DNA of 64,000 nucleotides from Deltaproteobacteria bacterium. GTDB taxonomy: Bacteria > Myxococcota_A > UBA9160 > UBA4427. Location of the stretch: assembly GCA_002691205.1 (NCBI GenBank), contig NZHD01000020.1, positions 92,995 to 156,994 on the forward strand, in the 5' to 3' direction. A program made the translations under genes and the position numbers. Positions within the stretch are counted from its first letter, which is position 1, and every line of letters begins with the position of its first letter. Below, piece by piece: positions 56,530 to 64,000 of this stretch. Below the pieces are notes generated by a model. The model saw only the letters and a program-made list of their open reading frames with translations. It was not told where the DNA came from and ran no database searches.

Positions 56530-57510
56530 ATGAGCCATCCGACCCCCGAAACGGACGTCATCCTCTCAGCACCTCACGTGCTTGAGTATGATTATCGCCG
56601 TTCCCTAGGTCCCGTTCTCAGCCATTTTTTTTCGGCGCTCCGAGAAGGCCAAATACACGGGGTCAAGACAAAAAGCGGCCGAGTGTTAGTTCCGCCGGCC
56701 GAGTACGACCCCGAAACCGGCGAATCTACAACCGATGAATTCGTCGCGGTAGGGCCAGGAGGCGTTGTCGAAAGCTGGGCCTGGGTGGGAACGCCGCGAA
56801 AGAACCATCCCATCGCTCACCCCTTTGCGTTTGCTCTCATTAAGCTTGATGGAGCGGACACGGCCCTTCTTCACGCAGTGGATACACGAGACGAAAGTCT
56901 GATGGCCTCCGGCATGCGAGTCACGCCGCGCTGGGCCGCTACGCCCGAAGGAGGCATCACAGACCTCTGCTGTTTCGTCCCTGAAGACCAAGGCGTACAA
57001 ACCGTCGAGGCTCCCGATGAAGTCTCAGAACCCACTCAGAGCATCGTCACCCCAGTGAATGTCGAATACGTCTATTCTCCCGGGAAGGCGGCCACTCGAT
57101 ACCTCCAAGGCCTGAAACAGGGCAAGTTTTTGGGACAGGCCTCGGATAGCTCCGGGCTCGTCTACATCCCTCCACGCGGCGCCTGTCCCCGTGACGGCGT
57201 CCCCACCAGTCGAGAGGTCGAGGTCTCGGGCAAAGGCACCGTCGTCACCCTGACCATCGTTCGCGTGCCCTCTGCGAACATTACAGTCGACCTTCCTTAC
57301 TGCACGGCCAATATTCTTTTAGACGGGGCCGACATCAGCTTTACGGGCCTTCTTCAAGAGTGCCCCTTAGAGGATGTCCGAATCGGAATGCGAGTCGAAG
57401 CGGTTTGGGTCGATTCCTCTGAATGGGATTACAGCTCCGAGAACATCAAATACTTTAGACCTATCGATGAACCCGATCTGCCCTTCTCAGAAATCAAGGA
57501 GTACTGCTGA
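56530..57510 (+). CDS. Tandem DUF35 OB-fold protein (Rv3521-like aldolase partner)
   Basis: Two repeats of VPP....P..G, G.G.V..W, A.I.LDGAD, GMRV...W; start after AGGAG. Confidence 0.85.
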   Translation: MSHPTPETDVILSAPHVLEYDYRRSLGPVLSHFFSALREGQIHGVKTKSGRVLVPPAEYDPETGESTTDEFVAVGPGGVVESWAWVGTPRKNHPIAHPFAFALIKLDGADTALLHAVDTRDESLMASGMRVTPRWAATPEGGITDLCCFVPEDQGVQTVEAPDEVSEPTQSIVTPVNVEYVYSPGKAATRYLQGLKQGKFLGQASDSSGLVYIPPRGACPRDGVPTSREVEVSGKGTVVTLTIVRVPSANITVDLPYCTANILLDGADISFTGLLQECPLEDVRIGMRVEAVWVDSSEWDYSSENIKYFRPIDEPDLPFSEIKEYC

Positions 57511-58565
57511 TGCGTGATGTAGCCATTGTCTCCTATGCCCAGAGCCCTTCGGTTCGCACGCAGCAAGACGAGAACGAAGTCGAAATGTTGATGCCTTTGA
57601 TCAAGGAGGCGGTGGAAGGCTCGGGGATTGCCAAGCAAGATATTGGATTCACTTGCTCCGGCAGCACCGACTACCTTTCAGGTCAGTCCTTTGCCTTTGT
57701 GATGGCCGTCGATGCCGTCGGAGCATGGCCGCCGATCAACGAAAGCCACGTTGAGATGGATGGCGCGTGGGCGCTGTATGAGGCCTGGATTAAAATCCAA
57801 TGCGGCGAAGCCGACTCTGCTCTCATTTTTAGTTTTGGTCGGTCTTCCATGGGCGAAACCGCGGAAACCCTCGGACTTCAGCTCGACCCCTACACCCTCG
57901 CGCCGCTTAAGGCCGACGCGATCAGCTTGGCTGCACTTCAAGCCCGTGCCGGACTGGATGCAGGCAAATGGACTGAGCGCGAGATGGCCGAAATCGCGGT
58001 TCGGTGCCGGGCTCAAGCCAAAGACAATCCGGACGCGCAGCTCTCAGGGGACTTTGAAACCGACCAACTTTTAGCCGACCCATACCTGGTCTCGCCTCTG
58101 CGCAAGCACGACTGTCCGCCCGTTTCCGATGGTGCGGCCGTCATGGTGATCGCCGCAGAAGAAGTTGCTCGAAAGGGGCCTAATCCGCCCGTCTGGATCC
58201 GCGGATTGGAGCATCGTCTGGACTCCCACCAGCCTGGAGGACGAGATCTGACCCTCTCCCCTTCGACTTCTCTCGCGGCCCAGGCCGCCGGAGTGGCTGA
58301 TGGCCCCATCGATTTTGCCGAACTGCACGCGCCGTTCACACATCAAGAAGTCATCTTGCGAGAAGCCCTGGGGCTTGGGCCTGATGTTCTCATCAATCCA
58401 TCTGGAGGCCCACTCAGTGGGAATCCAATCATGGTGGCCGGTCTTGCTCGGCTCGGTGAGTCCGCACGCCGCCTTTGGGCAGGTCATGGAAAACGAGCAG
58501 TCGCCCACGCCACCTCGGGCCCTTGTTTGCAGCAGAACTTGGTCTGCGTCCTGGAGGGAGAATAG
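57510..58565 (+). CDS. Thiolase-like lipid-transfer protein (Ltp4-like)
   Basis: MRDVAIVS, SGSTDYLSG, ESHVEMDGAWALYEAW, DGAA, NPSGG, HATSGPCLQQNLV. Confidence 0.85.
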   Translation: MRDVAIVSYAQSPSVRTQQDENEVEMLMPLIKEAVEGSGIAKQDIGFTCSGSTDYLSGQSFAFVMAVDAVGAWPPINESHVEMDGAWALYEAWIKIQCGEADSALIFSFGRSSMGETAETLGLQLDPYTLAPLKADAISLAALQARAGLDAGKWTEREMAEIAVRCRAQAKDNPDAQLSGDFETDQLLADPYLVSPLRKHDCPPVSDGAAVMVIAAEEVARKGPNPPVWIRGLEHRLDSHQPGGRDLTLSPSTSLAAQAAGVADGPIDFAELHAPFTHQEVILREALGLGPDVLINPSGGPLSGNPIMVAGLARLGESARRLWAGHGKRAVAHATSGPCLQQNLVCVLEGE

Positions 58566-58567
58566 AT

Positions 58568-59728
58568 ATGGCAGAACATGCAGCCGTGATTGGCATTGGC
58601 CAGACCGACTTTGACGCGAAACGCGTGGATGTCTCTCAAGTTGGCTTAATCCGCGAGGCCGCCTTACGGGCCCTAAAGGATGCTCAGCTAGAATGGAGTG
58701 ATATTGATGCCGTGGTGATCGGCAAGGCCCCGGACATGTTTGAAGGCGTCATGATGCCCGAACTCTTCTTGGCCGAAGCCCTGGGTTGCGTTGGCAAACC
58801 CATGCTCCGCGTCCACACCGCGGGCAGTGTCGGTGGATCCACCGCCATTGTCGCCGCCAGTCTGGTTCAGAGCGGGATCCACAAGCGGGTCTTGACGGTC
58901 TCCTATGAAAAGCAGAGCGAAAGCAATGCCATGTGGGCCCTCTCCATCAAGCTCCCCTTCTCACAAACGCTGGTCGCCGGGGCTGGAGGATTCTTTGCCC
59001 CGCTCATCCGTGGGTATATGGCGCGCTCTGGGGCGCCCGAAGACACCGGAATTCGCGTCGCACTCAAAGACCGTCTGAATGCGCTCAAGAACCCAGTGGC
59101 GCACCTGAAGCTCCCTGACGTCACTTTTGAAATGATCGCAAACTCGCCCATGCTGTGGGATCCCATTCGCTATCTGGAAACCTGCCCGTCTTCAGACGGA
59201 GCCTGCGCTCTCATTATTGGCGACTCAGCAGCCGCGAAGCAGTCACGCAGCCATCCCCCCGCCTGGATTCACGCCACACAGATGAAGACCGAACCCACGA
59301 TGTTTGCCAAGCGCGACCAGGTCATGCCTCAGGCGGGACTTGACTGTTCGGCCGCCCTTTACAAAAAGGCAGGCATCACCGACCCACGCAAAGAGATCGA
59401 CTGCGCTGAGGTCTACGTTCCCTTTAGCTGGTTTGAACCCATGTGGATGGAAAACCTCCACTTCGCCCCGCCCGGCGAAGGCTGGCGCATGACCTACGAA
59501 GGAGCCACGGCCCTCGACGGAGACCTGCCCATCAACATGTCGGGCGGCGTTCTTTGCACGAATGCCATTGGCGCCTCGGGAATGGTTCGCTTTGCCGAAG
59601 CCGCCATGCAGGTGCGCGGTCAAGCGGGCGAGCATCAGATCGATGGGGCAAAAAAAGCCCTCGGTCATGCCTACGGTGGAGGATCACAATATTTCTCCAT
59701 GTGGATCGTCGGAGACCAACCGCTCTGA
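58568..59728 (+). CDS. Thiolase-like lipid-transfer protein (Ltp3-like)
   Basis: GKAPDMFEGVMMPE, HTAGSVGGST, TCPSSDGACA, YVPFSWFE, SGGVL, HAYGGGSQY. Confidence 0.88.
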   Translation: MAEHAAVIGIGQTDFDAKRVDVSQVGLIREAALRALKDAQLEWSDIDAVVIGKAPDMFEGVMMPELFLAEALGCVGKPMLRVHTAGSVGGSTAIVAASLVQSGIHKRVLTVSYEKQSESNAMWALSIKLPFSQTLVAGAGGFFAPLIRGYMARSGAPEDTGIRVALKDRLNALKNPVAHLKLPDVTFEMIANSPMLWDPIRYLETCPSSDGACALIIGDSAAAKQSRSHPPAWIHATQMKTEPTMFAKRDQVMPQAGLDCSAALYKKAGITDPRKEIDCAEVYVPFSWFEPMWMENLHFAPPGEGWRMTYEGATALDGDLPINMSGGVLCTNAIGASGMVRFAEAAMQVRGQAGEHQIDGAKKALGHAYGGGSQYFSMWIVGDQPL

Positions 59729-59767
59729 ACCAACTTTACTTTTCACCAATCCACCCGGAGACACCCT

Positions 59768-61315
59768 ATGGCTGAACTCGGCTTCTGGAACTTTGCATCA
59801 CAAAACCCCGAGCCATTGGCTCTCGTCGACCCGAACCTAAAGGAGTGGAGTCGAGGCGAGTTGCTGGCCGAGACCAACAAGATCGCCCATGGCCTTCGAA
59901 GCCTCGGGCTGACACGCGGCGATTGCGTGGCCATTGTGATGGAAAATTCAGCCGAGTTTTTTCAAATTTACTTGGCCGTGACACAAATCGGCCTTTACCT
60001 CACGCCCATTAACAATCATCTCACCGGGCCAGAGATTGCCTACATCATCAAGGACAGCGACGCGAAAGTCTTTTTCGGGTCGGCTCGTTTCAAGCCCGCT
60101 TGTGTCGCCGCGCGAGAAGAACTGGACTTCCCTGAGAGCCGTTCCTTCTCACTGGGCGCAGTGCCGGGATTCAGAGCCCTTGAAGAGCTCAAACACGGGC
60201 AGCCGGAAGGACTGCCCGAGGAGCGCTCGGCAGGTCAGGTCATGAACTACACCTCAGGCACGACGGGACGCCCCAAGGGTGTCCGGCGGCCGCTTGTAGA
60301 CATCTCCCCTGATCTCGTGGCCACGCTCACCACAGGCTTCTTGGGCATGTTTGGCGTTCAGCCTGAAGATGACAACGTCCACATCTGCGGCTCACCGCTC
60401 TACCATACGGCCGTCTTGATGTTCAGCGGCAGCTCCATGCACATGGGGCATACCGTGGTCCTCATGGAAAAATGGCTACCTGAAGAAATGCTGCGCTTGA
60501 TCGAGAAGTATCGCGTTACCCATAGCCACATGGTCCCTACCCAGTTTCATCGACTCCTTAAGCTCGATGAAAAGATTCGCAGCCAATACGACATGTCTTC
60601 GTTGCGCACAATGGTGCATGCCGCAGCGCCGTGCCCGATGGAAACCAAACGAAAAATGCTCGACTGGTGGGGGGATGCGATTTTTGAATATTACGCGGCC
60701 ACCGAAGGCGGCGGGACTCTGGTCACACCCCAAGAGTGGCGAAAATACCCAGGCACCGTCGGCAAAGCCTGGACGAACTCGGATATCAAAATTTATGATG
60801 AAGACGAAAACGAACTTGGCCCGAACCAAGTGGGCACCGTCTACATGCTCCTTGGACAAGCGGACTTTAAGTACAAAGATGCTGAGAAGAAAACCCGCGA
60901 CAATCGGATCGGCAATTACTTCACTGTGGGCGACGTCGGAGAACTTAACGACGAAGGCTACCTCTTCCTTCGAGACCGAAAGACGGACATGATCATCTCA
61001 GGCGGAGCCAATCTCTATCCCGCCGAAATCGAGTCCGAGCTAATCCAACACCCCAAAGTGGCCGACGTCGCCGTCTTTGGCATCCCCAACGACGATTGGG
61101 GAGAGGAAATCAAAGCGGTCATTCAACCCATGGACGGGGTCGAGGCCAACGAGAACCTCACCGACGAAATTTTCAGCTGGTGCGAATCCAGGCTCGCCAA
61201 AATGAAGACGCCCCGCTCCATCGACTACGTCGTTGAATTGCCCCGGGACCCCAATGGCAAGCTCTACAAACGAAAGCTGAGGGATCCCTACTGGGAAGGC
61301 CGAAGCCAGATTTAG
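59768..61315 (+). CDS. Acyl-CoA synthetase (FadD family)
   Basis: YTSGTTGRPKG, PLYH, EYYAATEG, GDVG, DRKTDMIISGG, GKLYKR. Confidence 0.92.
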   Translation: MAELGFWNFASQNPEPLALVDPNLKEWSRGELLAETNKIAHGLRSLGLTRGDCVAIVMENSAEFFQIYLAVTQIGLYLTPINNHLTGPEIAYIIKDSDAKVFFGSARFKPACVAAREELDFPESRSFSLGAVPGFRALEELKHGQPEGLPEERSAGQVMNYTSGTTGRPKGVRRPLVDISPDLVATLTTGFLGMFGVQPEDDNVHICGSPLYHTAVLMFSGSSMHMGHTVVLMEKWLPEEMLRLIEKYRVTHSHMVPTQFHRLLKLDEKIRSQYDMSSLRTMVHAAAPCPMETKRKMLDWWGDAIFEYYAATEGGGTLVTPQEWRKYPGTVGKAWTNSDIKIYDEDENELGPNQVGTVYMLLGQADFKYKDAEKKTRDNRIGNYFTVGDVGELNDEGYLFLRDRKTDMIISGGANLYPAEIESELIQHPKVADVAVFGIPNDDWGEEIKAVIQPMDGVEANENLTDEIFSWCESRLAKMKTPRSIDYVVELPRDPNGKLYKRKLRDPYWEGRSQI

Positions 61316-61391
61316 GAGCTCTCCCCCAAACTAGCTTTCTGACGAAGAGTCAAAACCCTCTAAGTTAGCTAAGGCCCCCAGGGACCCTATT

Positions 61392-61583
61392 TCAATCGAC
61401 GAGTTGGATAGCCTGGCGAGGGCAGAGTCGCTCGGCTTCTTGGGCTGTTTCCTTGAACTCGGCCGGGACCTCTTCCATTAGCACCGTCAACGTATCATCG
61501 TCTTCAACGCGAAAAATCTCTGGAGCCTGCTCCATACAAATCGCATTGGCCTCACAGAGATCGTAGTCAACGACTACCTTCAT
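61392..61583 (-). CDS. Ferredoxin, FdxD/3Fe-4S type
   Basis: VVD.D.CEANAIC...APEIF...CP.QAI; AAGGAG RBS. Confidence 0.9.
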   Translation of the reverse strand: MKVVVDYDLCEANAICMEQAPEIFRVEDDDTLTVLMEEVPAEFKETAQEAERLCPRQAIQLVD

Positions 61584-61735
61584 AACGTTCTCCTTAAAAG
61601 CGGCCCTCTAACCGGGCCTTTTCTTAAACAGCGTTGATGCTCCACCCCTTTTGGTGCGTCCTAGTCTAGGGCCAAACCTCCGGCCTTGCTCGACTTTCTG
61701 AAATTCAACAGAAAATCGAGACAGGAGGGCTTTGG

Positions 61736-62653
61736 CTAAGCGGGAGGAACAATAAAACTATCTCGAACAGGGTCTCGCTGAGCCAGCCAAGGAGTCAAGG
61801 CGTCATCGACATTCTCATACGTCCAAGATTCGGAGACCTCAAAATCAGACGCATAACCGGGTTTCTCTAGAACTCGAATTGAGCGCCCCCAGATCACATA
61901 CACATTCCCGGAGCTACGCTCCGACGCCGGCGAAGCCAAATAGCCCACAAGCGGCGCCACATGTTCGGGCGCAAACGTGTCAAACCCATGTTCGGGTTCT
62001 GCGAAAAAAGCCGCCGTGGGGCCGTCGGTGGTCATGCGCGTGCGCGCTCGAGGCATGATGGTATTCGCAGTCACGCCGTACCGCTCCAGCCCCTGGGCGG
62101 CGGCCCCCGTCAATGCAACGATTCCCGCCTTTGCAGCGGCATAATTCGGTTGACCCACTGAAGCAAAAATAAAAGCCTCAGAGGAGGTACTCACAATCCT
62201 CCCGTAGGTCGGGCTTCCCATGGATTTTGACTTATTGCGCCAATATTCTGCGGCGTGGCGCATGCCGACAAAATGGCCTTTGACATGAACTCGCATCACG
62301 TCGTCAAAATCTTCTTCTGTCATTGAAAAAAGCATCTTGTCCCGACAGAAGCCTGCATTGTTGACCAGGATATGAAAATCGCCCCACGTCTCCAGCGCTT
62401 TCTCAATCATAGCCTTCGACTCGTTCCAGTCGGCCGCGTCGCCGTGATGAGCCACGGCCTCTCCGCCCGCCGAGAGAATTTCCTCCACCACGGACTCAGC
62501 GCCGTCCGCACTCGCTCCTCGCCCGGCTCCATCTGTTCCTAGATCAGAAACAACCACTCGCGCACCTAAGCGAGCCAATTCCAAAGCCTCGACTCGCCCC
62601 AGTCCGCGGCCCGCCCCGGTCACTGCGGCCACGCGTCCCTCTAAAACCGTCAT
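61736..62653 (-). CDS. Short-chain dehydrogenase (Hsd4A-like / 3-oxoacyl reductase)
   Basis: TGAGRGLG, NNAG, SSEA, YAAAK, APEHVAPLV. Confidence 0.88.
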   Translation of the reverse strand: MTVLEGRVAAVTGAGRGLGRVEALELARLGARVVVSDLGTDGAGRGASADGAESVVEEILSAGGEAVAHHGDAADWNESKAMIEKALETWGDFHILVNNAGFCRDKMLFSMTEEDFDDVMRVHVKGHFVGMRHAAEYWRNKSKSMGSPTYGRIVSTSSEAFIFASVGQPNYAAAKAGIVALTGAAAQGLERYGVTANTIMPRARTRMTTDGPTAAFFAEPEHGFDTFAPEHVAPLVGYLASPASERSSGNVYVIWGRSIRVLEKPGYASDFEVSESWTYENVDDALTPWLAQRDPVRDSFIVPPA

Positions 62654-62704
62654 TCCGCCTCTCCTTCAAATTCTCAACAGTCGATCTCGCAATTCAACGC
62701 CAGA

Positions 62705-63874
62705 CTAACCTTGTCCGAGCACCATCCCGCTGGTCGGCACACCCACTCCGGCCGTCACGAGAACATGCTCATTTTTATCGGGCTGGCTTGAAGACGTGCC
62801 TCGAATCAAACGAACGCCTTCGTTGACGCCATTCATCCCGTGCAAGTAAGCCTCAGACAGTTGCCCACCATGCGTATTGGAAGGAAGCCTTCCGCCCAAA
62901 CGAAGATTTCCGTCACGAACGAAATCCTTAGCTCGCCCCTTCTCACAGAAACCAAAACTCTCCAATTGAAAAAGAACATTTGAGGAAAAAGCGTCGTACA
63001 TCACAGCGGCGTCCACATCATCGGGGCCAAGCCCTGAAATCGCCCAACACTGTTTGGCAACAAGATCCATCTCGGGCAAATCTGACAGACTGGGCCGATA
63101 AAAACTCGTCATGGACTCTTGGTCACCGGCTGCGCCTTGGGCCACCGCCCGAATCATGGCCGGAGCATGAGGCAGCTCGCGTGCCATCTCCGGGCTCACC
63201 ACCACACACGCCGCACCCCCATCTGTTTCCTGACAGCAGTCATATAAACGCAAAGGCTCCACGATCGGTCGCGCACTCTGATGCTCTTCAAAGGTCAGGG
63301 GCTTCTCGTAAAAAAACGCGCGAGGGTTTTTGACGGCATGATCTCTCTGGGAGAGGCAAACCTCAGCCAGATCCTCTCCCGTGCAGCCGTAGTCATGCAT
63401 GTAGCGCTGGGTATACATGGCCACCCAACTCGCGGGGGTCATTAAACCGGACGGCATATACCAACTCCAGTGAATCAGGTCGGACGTCGTGGGGCCTCCT
63501 GAAACACCTTCGCTGTAGCGGGAGCCTGAACGTCCATTCAGAGCTCGATAAACCACCACCGCCTTCGCACTTCCCGTGGCGACGGCCATCGCCGCTTGAT
63601 GCATGACACCAATCGCCGCTCCACCCCCATGAGGCGTTCGACTAAAAAATGTCAGATCCTTCACGCCCACGGCCCGGGCCACCTCTATTTCATCACTGTT
63701 GTCCATGGTAAATGTCGTCATGCCGTCGATATCGGCCGGTGTCAAACCGGCATCACTAATCGCTGCAGCACAGGCTTCGCTAGCCAAGGAAAGCTCCGAC
63801 CGACCCGAATTTTTTGAGTATTCGGTTTCTCCAATTCCAACGATGGCCGCTTGGTCCTTCAGCGTCGTCGGCAT
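62705..63874 (-). CDS. ltp2: Ltp2-like steroid side-chain aldolase (thiolase fold)
   Basis: AAIVGIGET..SK.SGRSEL, HGGGAA, DCCQETDGG, YDAF, NTHGGQL.EAY.HG, TAGVG.PTSG. Confidence 0.85.
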   Translation of the reverse strand: MPTTLKDQAAIVGIGETEYSKNSGRSELSLASEACAAAISDAGLTPADIDGMTTFTMDNSDEIEVARAVGVKDLTFFSRTPHGGGAAIGVMHQAAMAVATGSAKAVVVYRALNGRSGSRYSEGVSGGPTTSDLIHWSWYMPSGLMTPASWVAMYTQRYMHDYGCTGEDLAEVCLSQRDHAVKNPRAFFYEKPLTFEEHQSARPIVEPLRLYDCCQETDGGAACVVVSPEMARELPHAPAMIRAVAQGAAGDQESMTSFYRPSLSDLPEMDLVAKQCWAISGLGPDDVDAAVMYDAFSSNVLFQLESFGFCEKGRAKDFVRDGNLRLGGRLPSNTHGGQLSEAYLHGMNGVNEGVRLIRGTSSSQPDKNEHVLVTAGVGVPTSGMVLGQG

Positions 63875-63875
63875 C

Positions 63876-64000
63876 TTAATTCGCCTCCCTGGGCAAGATC
63901 AAGCCCACCGTTCCCGTCACATGATTCCCCCATGCATTCTTGCCAGTCACCTCAACGGTCACGGAGCCTTCCTGATCATTTTTCTCAATGACGGCCCCGG
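63876..64000 (-). CDS. C-terminus of a MaoC-like hydratase (ChsH1-like), partial
   Basis: Hand translation GAVIEKNDQEGSVTVEVTGKNAWGNHVTGTVGLILPREAN*; stop 1 nt before the ltp2 start, as in the chsH1-ltp2 order. Confidence 0.65.
   Translation of the reverse strand, partial: GAVIEKNDQEGSVTVEVTGKNAWGNHVTGTVGLILPREAN

Noticed and set aside
56530-57510. Missing Zn-ribbon cysteines in the tandem DUF35 protein
   Set aside because: As I recall, the mycobacterial Rv3521 type has the same degenerate pattern, so this is not novel.
883-63817. Many short ORFs in the track antisense to or overlapping recognised genes (e.g. 3179-3613, 21599-22402, 49605-50198, 59243-59668)
   Set aside because: Shadow frames of well-supported genes, with no recognisable motifs or RBS support.
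1-64000. CRISPR arrays, IS elements, prophage genes, tRNA att duplications
   Set aside because: No regularly spaced repeats, transposase or integrase motifs, or duplicated tRNA 3' ends were seen.

Overview
Bacterial chromosomal window, mostly housekeeping. Gene content (full GspC-N type II secretion operon, yggS-proC-divIVA, tRNA-Sec, PilZ) suggests a Myxococcota/deltaproteobacterial-like host; this is inference, not a search result. In order: a leftward cluster (S45 acylase-like, DinB-like, PilZ, GpgS-like, partial WcaJ); pgk-tpiA-secG-tRNA-Leu; nadQ-nadA-nadB-nadC; a dnaK-hsp20-lon-motB-like-glycerate kinase operon; gspCDEFGHIJKLMN followed by an ArsR-methyltransferase and tldD-tldE; maf-yggS-proC-divIVA; folD-gcvT-gcvH; a MerR-TPR gene divergent from tRNA-Sec; an HPF-like gene; uvrA; moeZ; tRNA-Leu/tRNA-Ala; and an actinobacterial-style steroid side-chain cluster (Rv3521/ltp4/ltp3/acyl-CoA synthetase, fdxD, SDR, ltp2, partial chsH1). 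Best leads: (1) two overlapping genes that both look catalytically dead, a DinB-sized Y-family polymerase that keeps its clamp motif and an Ntn acylase lacking its nucleophile; (2) a KstR-type operator in the promoter of the steroid operon; (3) a tRNA-Sec that folds better as 7/6 than 8/5; (4) a secretin with a C-terminal SPOR domain; (5) a 7-codon uORF or frameshift at hsp20; (6) a NadQ box over the nadA RBS. No CRISPR array, transposase or integrase was seen. All family assignments come from motif recognition by eye.
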